A stretch of DNA of 64,000 nucleotides, from contig KE560678.1 in the NCBI GenBank assembly GCA_000442015.1, positions 1 through 64,000 on the forward strand, read 5' to 3'. The translations under genes and the position numbers were made by a program. The notes beneath the pieces are model-generated. The model saw only the letters and a list, made by a program, of their open reading frames with translations, ran no database searches and was not told the origin of the DNA. This DNA is from Rozella allomycis CSF55 (taxonomy: Eukaryota). Below, one piece after another: positions 51,654 through 62,844 of this stretch. Every line of letters starts with the position of its first letter. Position 1 is the stretch's first letter.

Positions 51654-53087
51654 ATGAAAATTATTCTATTATTCACCACGTGGTTAGGCTTAATCGCTTC
51701 AAATGAGATAAGTTATGATTTTTCTCAAATCCCAAAATGTCACGAAAATGATTTCAAAATAATTGAATCATTTCAGGGTTCACGTCATTATCAGGTACTT
51801 CAGAAAGCTATTCATAATCCTTCCGGCAGCTTAGCCTTGATTAAATATTATTCTTTAAGTAACTCAGAGGCATCAAAGAGACATGTAAAAGAATTTCAAA
51901 GAGAAATACGCGTCCATCACTATGTAAACTCACCCATGATTCAAAAGTTGATTTGCTATAATGAGATGATAACTCCTGGGAGAATGAATATTCTTTACTT
52001 TGCCGTTGAATATTTTGAAGGAGTTCTATTAGAAAAACAATTACAGGCTGGACGTTTTACTATTAGTGAAACAATTGAACTCTTTTACAAAATTTTGGCT
52101 GGTGTTAAAAGCTTACACGCTAGCCTTTTGATCCATGGAAATCTCACACCTTCAAATATTTTGATTAAAGATGGTGTAATTAAGCTGATCAACTTTGAAT
52201 ATTCATCTGCGGAAAATGACTGGGATATAAATGATCACTCTGTATCATCTCCTTACCATATTAAAGATCCTATCTTCACTCTGGCTACGGATCTGTACAG
52301 CATTGGCGTGATCATTTATGAAACCCACTTTTTGTCAACTGCTCCAGAAGCGTATTCTTTAGAAAGGAAAGCGAAAGAGAAGTACCCATCAAAAAGGGTT
52401 GAGAATGATGACAAACCATATTTTATGAATCAAAGAATTTTCAATGCCCTCCTACCATTAATTCAAGTGAACTTGAAAAAGAGAATACTATTCCTTCTAC
52501 CCAAAAATTCTGATGATTTAAACAAAAATTTGTTTAATGAAATTGATTGCAAGGCTATGTCAATGAATGAAGTTTTCAGCTCAAACGCCGTTCTCGATTT
52601 ATTTGTTTCAAAGTATCCATATGAGCAGTTAAAGGAATACTTGGGATCAGTGACTGAAGAGCACATAAATCTAATTGCTACGAAACGGGGGAAAACTTTA
52701 TATCTCGAGAATAGATTGTTGGATCTAAAACAAAAAGAAGAGAAATTGAATTTAAAGTCGCGTGAAGTCGAATCTTCCTCTGAGACTCTTAAGGAAAAGA
52801 TGCAAGCATATGAAACGGCTAAAAAGAACATTTTCAAGCAATTCTATGGACTTGAAGAAATGAAACTTGACGTTGTAAATGAAGCTAGTAGATTAGCCAG
52901 CTTAGTGGAAGAGAGAAATACGTTAGACGATTTTGTAGATAATTTGAAAATAGAAATCGGAAGAGCCAAGGAGGACTATTCAATGTTTATAATGGCTTTT
53001 GAGAAAAAAATGGAGGACCTGGAGGAACTTAAAATGATTGTGGAAAAGGCCGTGGAGAAAACTCATCAAAAATTGATTGATGTTTAA
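51654..53087 (+). CDS. Signal-peptide-bearing protein kinase-fold protein (predicted pseudokinase) with C-terminal coiled coil, intronless
   Basis: MKIILLFTTWLGLIAS; ALIK, FQREI, IHGNLTPSNILI, KLINFE, TDLYSIGVIIYE. Confidence 0.8.
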   Translation: MKIILLFTTWLGLIASNEISYDFSQIPKCHENDFKIIESFQGSRHYQVLQKAIHNPSGSLALIKYYSLSNSEASKRHVKEFQREIRVHHYVNSPMIQKLICYNEMITPGRMNILYFAVEYFEGVLLEKQLQAGRFTISETIELFYKILAGVKSLHASLLIHGNLTPSNILIKDGVIKLINFEYSSAENDWDINDHSVSSPYHIKDPIFTLATDLYSIGVIIYETHFLSTAPEAYSLERKAKEKYPSKRVENDDKPYFMNQRIFNALLPLIQVNLKKRILFLLPKNSDDLNKNLFNEIDCKAMSMNEVFSSNAVLDLFVSKYPYEQLKEYLGSVTEEHINLIATKRGKTLYLENRLLDLKQKEEKLNLKSREVESSSETLKEKMQAYETAKKNIFKQFYGLEEMKLDVVNEASRLASLVEERNTLDDFVDNLKIEIGRAKEDYSMFIMAFEKKMEDLEELKMIVEKAVEKTHQKLIDV

Positions 53088-53287
53088 AATGTAAAGTTAA
53101 TAAAGACCTTTTCAATATGATAAATTTTTAGATCTAAAAGATACGTGAAAATTACTGCATATCAGTTACTTAATGACTATTGAATTGTTGATGTTAAAAG
53201 GTCACAGACGGTGTGATTGAAAATTCAATCAGATCTATTTATAGGAATTTCAAGAATTTAAAAATGAGTACGCGACCACGCCACACG

Positions 53288-53908
53288 ATGAAAATTTCTA
53301 CCACCTTCGTTGCTGCTTTACTCGCATCCTTTGCTGCTGCTGAAAGTACTCTTCTTCCTGAAACCATTTCTTTGAGAATATATGGAGGACCTGACTGTTC
53401 TGGTGTACCTATTGTCATCCTTCACGGCGAAAGTGCTGGTGCTCAGGTTGATTTACCAGACAACGCTTGTGTTGCTCCATCTGCTATTACTGATATCGTT
53501 TCCAAGTCTTTCAGTAACGAGTTTGCTGGTATTTTCGGACAAGAAGATGTTAAAAGCGCCCTTCAAGAGATTTCTAAATTTAGAATTGAAATTGTTCGCC
53601 AGAAACCATTGAAAGAAAGCGTAAGTAAACTTGTGAAATACACCCGTGTGATTTCCAAGGACAAGTCTATTCAAGTCCTTGTTCAAGACAACTTGTGCCT
53701 CTCCATCATGGGAACTTCTATGAAGATGTCTTGCGCTGAAGGCAAAATTACAACTCAACAATTTAACGTTGAAAACTGCAAAGGAAAAGCTGATGTAGTT
53801 GACAAGGATTCCATGAATATGTTGTCAACAATGTTTGGTTTCGATGTGCAATGTGGATTCAACGTACACGGAGTTGCTGGAACCGCTTCTATTGAAGAGC
53901 TACCATAA
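53288..53908 (+). CDS. Secreted Cys-containing protein of unknown function, intronless
   Basis: Signal peptide MKISTTFVAALLASFAAA; codon use rich in gct/ggt/aac/ttc, unlike neighbours. Confidence 0.75.
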   Translation: MKISTTFVAALLASFAAAESTLLPETISLRIYGGPDCSGVPIVILHGESAGAQVDLPDNACVAPSAITDIVSKSFSNEFAGIFGQEDVKSALQEISKFRIEIVRQKPLKESVSKLVKYTRVISKDKSIQVLVQDNLCLSIMGTSMKMSCAEGKITTQQFNVENCKGKADVVDKDSMNMLSTMFGFDVQCGFNVHGVAGTASIEELP

Positions 53909-53946
53909 AAATTTATTTATAATGCTATTTAAGACTTTATTTTACT

Positions 53947-55347
53947 TTATTTGAAAATATTTGAAAACATTTCTTTAGATTTTTTGTATCGTTTGTTTTC
54001 TAGCTCCAACAATTTCTTTCGCTCCCTTGCAATATCCGAAACATAGTCATTTTTCACAACATTTGGACAACTTTCTAATAATTTTTCAAACGCATTTAGG
54101 TCGTCCTTGGCAGAATCCAAGTCTCGCCCTTGAGAAATATACGCTTGAGCTCTTCTAAATAATGCTTTGAGGTTAGACGGATCTTTTTTAAGAATAATAT
54201 CTGCCTGAGAAATCGCTACTTTATAATCGCCCAATTTTAGTGCGCAAAGAATGTAGTTCAATCTGCAAGAGACTTGGAACCCCTCAATCCAATCTTTTGA
54301 AACACAAGAAGTCGGATCAGATTCTACTAAAGGATCAGACACATTATCTTTTCCTCTGGCGATTTCTGAAAACGATGGAAGCATTAGCAGATTTTCAATG
54401 TAGTCTAACACGAGTGCAAATTTAATAGACGCTTCCTTAAATTTACCCGACTTTACTAAAGAAACTCCTTCGTCTTTAAGCTGAGGTATCTTTTTAACTT
54501 TTTCAATAGCCGACAGTGTAAATGGGTGCTCATTCTCTTCAGTTATAAATTCAAGACATTCAATAGTAAACTCCAAAGGCATCCCGTCCAATTGATAAAG
54601 CTCTGAATAAGTGTCCAAATCTTCCATGAATCCGGCAGCGCAAGTTTTCTTTCCACCATTCTTCTTGTCTCTTATCTTCCTTAAAGCGATTTCTAGTTGA
54701 ATATATCCTTTAGACAGAGAATTAGACAATACGAATACAGATTTTTCTCCGACATTCATAGTTTTTACTATTTGTTCTAATGGCGGAAAGGAGAATGATT
54801 TATTCAAAAGGAGCTCGAAAGGTTCACCCGACTCTTTTGTGTCTGTTATTACATTTATCTTATTGCACACTGATAAAAAATCAGTTTGTTGCCCAGTTTT
54901 GCAAGATTCTCCCTCATGTGTTGGCTTGCAGGAGCTAGCATGATGATTACAATTCACATGTGCATGGCAATCTTTAGCATCATGTTTCTTCTCATCATCA
55001 GACTCATGCTCATCATCACCTTCAGTAATTTTCCGTTCCTTATGTTTATTAATGTCCACCCCCATAAATTTACTTAACAACTCTGAAGGGCTATCTTCTG
55101 ATATCCGTTCACATTCATTTTTGACTTTGTTACAAATATTTTCAAAATTTTCTTTATTATCTATGTGAAGGGGTATGGTAGAAACTCGCAGATGCATCTT
55201 CACTTTAGATGCTGACCATTTGGTGTCGCAAATCTTTCCAGGTTTGAAGATTAATTTGTACATGTCGTTGTTTATTTTGGAAAAGTCTGTTAAATCTAAA
55301 GTTGGATGGGATAATTTTGAAATCCAGTCTGTTTGTGTTGAACTCAT
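53947..55347 (-). CDS. AIP: AIP/AIPL1-like FKBP-TPR co-chaperone, intronless
   Basis: KVKMH...ITDTKESGEPFELLLNKSFSFPPLEQIVKTMNVGEKSVF, PLEFTIE, LSAIEKVKKIPQLKDEG, TPR LNY...NLKALFRRAQA. Confidence 0.75.
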   Translation of the reverse strand: MSSTQTDWISKLSHPTLDLTDFSKINNDMYKLIFKPGKICDTKWSASKVKMHLRVSTIPLHIDNKENFENICNKVKNECERISEDSPSELLSKFMGVDINKHKERKITEGDDEHESDDEKKHDAKDCHAHVNCNHHASSCKPTHEGESCKTGQQTDFLSVCNKINVITDTKESGEPFELLLNKSFSFPPLEQIVKTMNVGEKSVFVLSNSLSKGYIQLEIALRKIRDKKNGGKKTCAAGFMEDLDTYSELYQLDGMPLEFTIECLEFITEENEHPFTLSAIEKVKKIPQLKDEGVSLVKSGKFKEASIKFALVLDYIENLLMLPSFSEIARGKDNVSDPLVESDPTSCVSKDWIEGFQVSCRLNYILCALKLGDYKVAISQADIILKKDPSNLKALFRRAQAYISQGRDLDSAKDDLNAFEKLLESCPNVVKNDYVSDIARERKKLLELENKRYKKSKEMFSNIFK

Positions 55348-55368
55348 TTAGAATTTTTCGGAAATCAT

Positions 55369-57779
55369 ATGAATGTGTTTCACGAAGATGTAGTGTGTTT
55401 AAAGGATAAGATTGATGTAAAAGGTGTTGTTTCTGATACTATATTTGAAAATCAATCTATTCCTAAAGATTGTGTTGAAGTGTCATGGCATCAAGAACCT
55501 TATCCCGTGGAAATTATCGATAAGAAAGATTTGATAGTCACTAATAGATATCCTTTTTGTCTTATATTATTTTAAGATTGATTTTCCTTAATTTCAAATC
55601 GTTTTTACCGAGTGACATTGTTATGGATCCAAACGATCCTAGGAAGCTGCAGGGACTTGTAGTAAATACTAGAAGTGTATTGCATGTTCAAAACTGTTTT
55701 GATGATTCAAAGAAAGAATATGTTGTTGGAGATGATATGGTAGATATTGAAAAGGAATTTCTTGTTCAGGAAGGATCGTGGGTCAAATATAATGACTGGA
55801 TAGGAATTGTTATTGAAGTATGATAATGGTAAATCTAATAATTTAGGTGAAAACTGACTTTTATATTGCATTCAGCAATGGTGCAGTTTGCATACCAAAA
55901 GACTCAACAAAGTGTAGGCCGGCAAATGAAATAGACGAAGACTCTTATTGGTATGAAAGACATTTACCAGGACAAGTTATGATTTCAAAAAGATCTAATT
56001 TTGAAAAGGGAAAGTGGATTAAAGGATCATTTAAGAGTGCATCACATCATTGGAAAGGGGTACTAATGAAGACGGCCCATAAGAGTGTTTCGGTGATATG
56101 GAAAACAGTTAATCCAATTTTGCCCAATGATTCTGAAATTCTATCGTCTCCAAAAACTTTGTATGGCAATGAATTGAATAATTTGGAGGTATTTGACACA
56201 TTTTTATTATCTAAAATAAACATTGGATCAGTTGTGAAACTAAAGAAAGAAGCACTTGAAAACTTTAAAGATTTACCGATTGCCTGTAGCGATGAAAATT
56301 TCATGAACTATTGGATGGTTGTCGATCAAAAGACAACCGTAGATGTGCATTGGCAGGATGGGAAAATAGAAAATGAAATTTCTTCAGAGAAAATAATTCC
56401 AATTTTAGAGGCTGGTGAAACTGATTTGAGTGCCACTGAATTTGTTAAAAAGAATGAATCTGATAAATTAGGCATTTTGCAAAGTTTTGATCCTAATGAA
56501 AGAACTTGTACAGTAGGGTGGATCTCGAGTAACAGTGGAATGGTTGAAGGTGAATTGGAAGAATTAAGTATTTACGATGTTAAGGCAGACCCACAAGTTT
56601 CATTTTACATTATGAACATTGTGTTAAAAATAGATTCGATCCAAGACCCGAATAGCTGGGCTGGTGAAATAAGAAATATTTTGCCGAATGGATTAATTGA
56701 AGTTAGATGGACGACGGGGGTTACAGAAAATATTCCTTTCAAACATTTACATTTTGTTTATGATAGTTCTCAAGTTGATGACGAAGATCTTGAAGATATT
56801 TGTTATCCCCATGTAGATGACGATTGGATGACAATTGCAAGTGACGAGAATTCGGAAATAGATCAACAAGAAGAAAAAATATCTTTTGTAGATCTAGATC
56901 TAACTAAAAAGTTTAATATTTTGAGTATTAATGGAGATAACAAAGATTCTTTTAGCATTGATGAAAATGCACCATTAGATCATCTATTTTTACACAAAAC
57001 AATTCAATTTGCATCAAACGCAGCCAATGTGGCCATAAGGAAAGATTTTAAACTTTTAAAGGAATTACCTGAAAACATTTACGTTACAACTTTTGAAGAT
57101 AGAATAGATCTATTTAGGTCTATCATAATTGGATCCAAAGGTACCGTTTATGAATACGCAATGTTTCTATTTGATATTCAGCTTTCATCTAAACATCCAT
57201 TTGAACCTCCATCCGCGTATTACCATTGTTGGACTGATGGGCTAGGAAAATTAAATCCAAATCTCTATGAAAATGGAAATAGTAATTTTCATTTTTATTT
57301 TTTATCTAGTTTGTTTATCTCTACTTGGAACATGGGAAGGATTTGAAAAGGAAACTTGGTCTTCAAATTCTTCCATTTACCAATTATTACTTTCTCTTCA
57401 AGCTCTTGTTCTCGTCAGAGAACCTTACTACAATGAAGCGGGCTACACAAAATATCAGGGAACTGATGAAGGTCAAGTAGCTTCCATTCGATACTTGGAA
57501 AACGCTTTTCTGGGTTCCGTTAAATCAATTTTACATATCTTAAATCATCCACCATCTAATTATGAGGCTCTGGTTAAATTCTACTATATAGATTGCGGAA
57601 ATTTAGAAAAAGTCATTCAAAGGTGCGAAGCATTAGTACATTCCTCACAAGAACACGAAGAAAACATTTGTTCTTGGTATGATTCCACCAATCAAGATCA
57701 ATTCCCTCTTAAAAGAATTTCAAAAGGTGGCGCGAAATTGTTAACCCCCATCATAGAAACCTTGAAATCTTTTATTTAA
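55369..57779 (+). CDS. UBE2O: E2/E3 hybrid ubiquitin-conjugating enzyme UBE2O-like, 4 exons (first intron U12-type)
   Basis: NRSFLPSDIV, TTVDVHWQDG, RTCTVGW, FEDRIDLFRSIIIG, LNPNLYENG-ICLSLLGTW, LVLVREPYYNEAG. Confidence 0.92.
55548..55597 (+). other. Minor-spliceosome (U12-type) intron, 50 nt, AT-AA termini
   Basis: 5' ATATCCTTT; branch TTTTCCTTAAT at 55582-55592; removal fuses ORFs 55369 and 55557 to give VTNR|SFLPSDIV. Confidence 0.8.
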
Positions 57780-57966
57780 TAAAATAACAGTTTCAATTTT
57801 TTTGACAACATAGTTTATAGTACATGCAAATCTAAGCAAACTCTATACACTCAACTCCAACAATTGATAACTTTGAGATTTATTATAGTTAAAGATTTTT
57901 ATTCCAAAAATTGAAGCACTTGTTGACCCTTCCCAGTTGCCAAGCTTTTGAAAAATACAAAACACA

Positions 57967-59154
57967 ATGGCAGCAACAGAGGAAAGGTTAGCATTCATCG
58001 CCGAGTGGTTTGATAAAAGTGCTGATTTAACAAGAGTTTTTCATTTTCTCTATTTTCCAACAGATCAGTCCATTGAACTCGTAAGTATAGTTCCAACAAA
58101 TGTTAGGTGGACGACAAGACAAAGAAAATATTCTTAAAGAGAGCGCCATATCCAAACATCACTATCGATCAGGTATATCTGGGCGCTACAATCACCGTCT
58201 ATTCAAGACCAATGACTTTGGTAAATTTTGGAGACGAACGGACGAGGAAAGTGTTCAAAACAGAATCATTGCAGTATAAAATATCTATATTATTGACAAT
58301 TAGTGAATTCTTGGTGATAGCCGCATCCAAAGATAATAAGAAATGTTTGGATGAAATTTACTCAATATGTCACACTAACAATACCCAAATCATTTCCATA
58401 GATCTAGTCAGCGCGTACATTCTCCCACAAAATTTGAGAGAAAAATTGCCTAGAGGAAATGTCATAGTAGCTAAATTAAAAGGGGATCCAAGAAATGTTT
58501 GTGAGAATGCAAACATAGTACTGCCAGACAGAGAACAATGTGAAAAAGTAATTCCTATTTATCTTATTTAAATGATAATTAATGAACTTGCTTCAGCAAA
58601 TTTTGATCTTCACGAGAATGCAAGTTTGTGCATCATCAAACCGCATTCCATGATTCAAGGTATTCATATACGTTGATTAAAATATGGTCGGTGCCATGAA
58701 ATAATTAAGGAAATCTCCGATGATTTCAATATATTGGCTATAAAAACTGTTCGATTGACTTTAGCAGAGGCCGAAGAATTTATGGAAGTTTATCAAAATG
58801 TTCTTCCTGAATATCATGTAAAAATTATGAAATTGCTTTAGTAGCTTTTAATAAACGAGCTCATCGCTGGAAATTGTGTGGCAATGTAGGTTTCTAGTCT
58901 GCAATTAATATAGTCAAGCACGTCCGTTAAATGGTGCTAATGCAGTGACATCATTACGAGAATATGCTGGTCCTTATGACCCTGAAATCGCCAAGCTAAT
59001 AAAACCAGATTCTCTACGCGCTAGATTTGGAAACGATAAAATTCAAAACGCAATTCATTGTACAGACTTGATTGATGATGCCCCGCTTGAGGTAAGTTGA
59101 TGCGTCGAGTATTTATAGATTCAATATATATTTCAAATAATAAAGGCCCAATAA
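57967..59154 (+). CDS. NME7: Nucleoside diphosphate kinase 7 (DM10 + NDK domains), 7 exons (two GT-TG introns)
   Basis: ERLAFIAEWFD, IFLKR, GATITVYSR, LCIIKPH, AEEFMEVYQNVLPEY, GPYDPEIAK, LRARFG, QNAIHCTDL. Confidence 0.92.
58548..58574 (+). other. Non-canonical GT-TG intron (27 nt) in NME7
   Basis: gtaattcctatttatcttatttaaatg; contains in-frame TAA; the next AG (49 nt) is out of frame. Confidence 0.7.
58660..58686 (+). other. Non-canonical GT-TG intron (27 nt) in NME7
   Basis: gtattcatatacgttgattaaaatatg; gives KPHSMIQG-RCHEIIKEI; the next AG (50 nt) frameshifts to a stop. Confidence 0.8.
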
Positions 59155-59166
59155 TCTGTGTATTTT

Positions 59167-60555
59167 TTATTTAAATAATGATTTTGTTGATCCTGATAGC
59201 TTTCGATTCAATCTATCCCAATGAAACGTGCAATTTTCAAAACTTAATTCTTCTAAACATGAAATGGAAAGTTCAAAAATATCACGATCATCTTGTGAAG
59301 CGAATTTCGCAGATTTTAACAAGTTTCTCTGAATCAGTACTACCTTTTTGAGTCTTTCTTTGTCAACATAATCTTTTTCTTTGTGGATGAAATCATTAAC
59401 ACTTGACTTGACAATGTAAATAACTCAAATTACTTGTATATCGCCGACCGTAGCTTGAATAGTTCCTTTAATTCGGTCACTCCTTTGTTTTAAGTTATTT
59501 TTAATGTTAATCCAGTCCCACACCTGCATGCTTTCGTTTTTCTTCAATTGGATATCCAGTAAACTTGGAATTTGTTCCAAGGGTGTTAGTTGTAATTGCT
59601 TTGAGCGATTGATGAGAGAATATATATCATCGATATCAGGATATTCCATCAAAATCTTTATTCCATCAATCCCTTGTTCCAAAACTATTAGTCAAAAAGC
59701 AATACCTTACGCCTTTCCTTGACGTTAAATAACATCGTTAGACAAATGTACGGAAGAATTTCAAAATTTGATACAAAAATTTCATTCCATAAAGGAATAA
59801 TCTGATCTAATCGAAACTCCCTCGAAAAAAGTAACCTAATCCAACGACAATTGCAATAACAAAACCAATCTTACATGAAGTAAACGCTAGGATCTAATTT
59901 TAGTGTTTCATGAATGTATTCATAATATTCTTCATCTATTTTTCGTAACAGGTGCTCATGCACTTTTTCTGACAACGTTGATAATCCTGCCCCCTTTAAT
60001 CAATTTTGAGAATCAAACATTACAAAATAGAATATCTTGACTTTTTCTATTAATTTCTCATAAATCTTATAAACATTATATGTGGAGGGATAGTTTGTTT
60101 GTTCTGAAAGCCAAAAGACCACCGCAAGTAGTTCATGCATTCCCTGGCGGTATTCAGTTCCCGTTAGTTTGTAATAACAGTAAAGTAATTTGGTCAATGA
60201 TTCAGCAACTCTTCTATCTCTAAAATAGGGATTGTCAGGAAAACTTGTATTATATTGCAGTTTTAAACATACATTCTGTCAACGTCCTTTTCAATTAGTT
60301 TTACAGTTTCTTCTTCCTTAAAATGTAAAGACCACGAACTCTTTGACATAAAATTAATTATTCTACTCCCTTCTTTAATGATAATGGATGATCTTGCTCC
60401 GTGTTTTCTTCTAATTTAATTTGTGAACTGATTTGAGTGAAAAAAACATTTTCTGGATCCTCAATAAGAATGTAATTGAAAATTTTCTGTTATAAAAGTG
60501 AGAACAATATTCTTACTGCCCAACCTTCAAAATAGCCTTGATAAAAAGTGGACAT
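59167..60555 (-). CDS. TBC-domain Rab GTPase-activating protein (TBC1D5/Gyp6-like), multi-exon
   Basis: IEKDVDR-FPDNPYF, EYRQGMHELLA, FIRWIRLLFSREF, LMEYP. Confidence 0.85.
59848..59874 (-). other. Non-canonical GT-TG intron (27 nt) in the TBC gene
   Basis: gtaagattggttttgttattgcaattg; gives YFI-RWIRLLFSREF. Confidence 0.8.
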
Positions 60556-60618
60556 GAAATTTGATAAATAGGAAATTGGAGACTGAATCACCTATGAAAA
60601 AAGAATTGACATTTGTAA

Positions 60619-61912
60619 CTATTTTAATTTATTTGCTAGATTATTTGGAGTCCATGGGCCCAACGAATCTTTGGCATAAAAGTCCATAGGGTAAACTGAC
60701 TGCCATTCTATTTGATCCAAACATACATTCATTTCAAACGGAGTTAATAATGGCTTAGGATACGAATATCCCCAGTCAATCGATAATCTGGGACATGCGA
60801 CTTGAACAAAAGTGTCAATGTCTTTAAATTGGGTGATTTTGCTGGCAAAAATTTCAGACATTAATATTCTGGTATATTTCTTTCCACAATCTTTTAACTT
60901 TTTCTCGATCGTTTCTAGGACCCTCGGATTACCTTGGCGTCCTAAAGTGCCCAAGATCAAACCCACAGACTTTGCCTGCCTCGCCTTAGTTATGGCTTCT
61001 TTTCTTAGTTTATGCATTTCCTCAATTTCATAATATTCTCTTGTCATTGTTTTCCCGTAGGGATCGTATTTGTATGCACACTTGGATGGATTGGCAATCA
61101 TAATTGCCTCAAGATGGAACCTACCATCCCCCAGATATACAATAGCGTCAGTATCTTTGTCTAGCTTTGGTGCTGTGCAACCAAGAATTTCTCCTGGTGA
61201 AAGTGGTTTAATTTGCGGAATAAATATTTTTGGAAAGTCACTTAAAGCATTCTTTGCTGCATGAAGCGAAGTTAAAAACTGCACAGTGGACACAAAACAA
61301 ATCTTTTGATCTGGATGAAAAAATGTCCTAATATGTTCGACAAAATGTGAAATGTCAAACTTAATATCTACGAAAACGTACATAGTTTTTATCTTTGTAA
61401 CATCAATAGGAACTATTTAAATTTTAATGTAAAGAAATACCTAAACATGAGTGCCCATAATGAACCATAAAGTCACATCCTAAAGCAGTTGCTGTAAAAT
61501 CATCAATGCAACAAGCACCATATGTGACATCACCCATAATAACAGTTTCCACTTGAGCAAATCTTAATCATTGTTTCATTGAATATGTACTTTTCCAATA
61601 TATCAGATATTATGCAGGCATACATTAATAATCCTTCAGGAAACTGAAGTGCCACTCTTTTAGACTGATTCTTTTTGCACATCCATATAGTTTTATGAAT
61701 TTCAAAATTATAGTTTTTTGGCATCTATATTTTATTAAAGAATCTCAATCTCTTACCTGGGCGATCCAGTCATTCAGCTCTTTGTTTTCCAGAATGTCAT
61801 CTGGAATCTGATTGAGTTTTCTAAAAGTTTTAACATTTCCTAATATTTAGATAATAATAAGAATACTTTTTGGATCATTCTTTTTCTGAACCAGAGCTGT
61901 TTCCTCCAACAT
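60619..61912 (-). CDS. DPH1: Diphthamide biosynthesis protein 1, 5 exons
   Basis: [75 protein letters not shown]. Confidence 0.96.
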
Positions 61913-62047
61913 TTGTCAACTTAGCCACTAAAACTTTTCGAATTCAATTTGATGGCAATGATATATTTATATGAGAATGAAAATAATTAATAAAATTCGT
62001 ATATGCATTACTTGTGAAAAGCGAATCCTGAAATTTACAATTTTTCA

Positions 62048-62740
62048 ATGAATGCTACCCTGCTTCAACAAGCGTGGTTCTTTTGCCACTCCACGTTCAT
62101 CTCACTATATGTTGTCTCCTTAATATCCCCTGTTTTTGGATTAAGTAGCCAGTCTATGCAACTATTTGCTACTCTTTTTGCAACATTAGGATATATGATA
62201 GTACTGTACCAAACACATATGGTAACACCTTTTAACAAGACAACAATAATGAAGAATGAAAACACACTATATTTTATCCTTCTTTTGAATATGTTAATGA
62301 CAAGAACTAATTTCGGTAGCATAGTTTTTCCATTAATGGTTTATTCAATATTTCACATTGCAGGATATCTTATTAGCGGTCCATACGCTATCAGTATGAA
62401 TATGAAATCTCGCCTTCAAAATTTGGTCAGTATCCAGAGCCCAATAATAATAATGGCTGCAAAACTAGAGGTCGTTTCAATTGCCTCCTTACTTGTGACA
62501 TATCTTAGTGGCAAGACTCCATTGTATTTTTTCATCTTTTACGTGTGGTTTATCATTAACAGATACTTTTCGTCTGCAATAATGAAGACTGCATTCTCAG
62601 AGTTTCGAGTGGGTGCCAATCAAATAGCTTGCAGTTCGAAATGCCCAAAAATATTATCGAATCTAATACAATCTGGAATCAACGCTTTATCTCGATTTGG
62701 AACAACTTTGACGCATGTATCTGCAAACAAAAGTCAATGA
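62048..62740 (+). CDS. TMEM33/Pom33/Per33 family ER-nuclear pore membrane protein
   Basis: AWFFCH, ENTLYFILLL, PLMVYSIFHIA, RYFSS...AFSEFR, CPKIL. Confidence 0.75.
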   Translation: MNATLLQQAWFFCHSTFISLYVVSLISPVFGLSSQSMQLFATLFATLGYMIVLYQTHMVTPFNKTTIMKNENTLYFILLLNMLMTRTNFGSIVFPLMVYSIFHIAGYLISGPYAISMNMKSRLQNLVSIQSPIIIMAAKLEVVSIASLLVTYLSGKTPLYFFIFYVWFIINRYFSSAIMKTAFSEFRVGANQIACSSKCPKILSNLIQSGINALSRFGTTLTHVSANKSQ

Positions 62741-62844
62741 ACAATAATAAATAAGTATAACTTTCAACTTGTCACACTTTCATTTTTATATTGCTTTATG
62801 ACAGATCCATAAGAAGAAATTACCCAAAAGAAATTTCCAGAATA

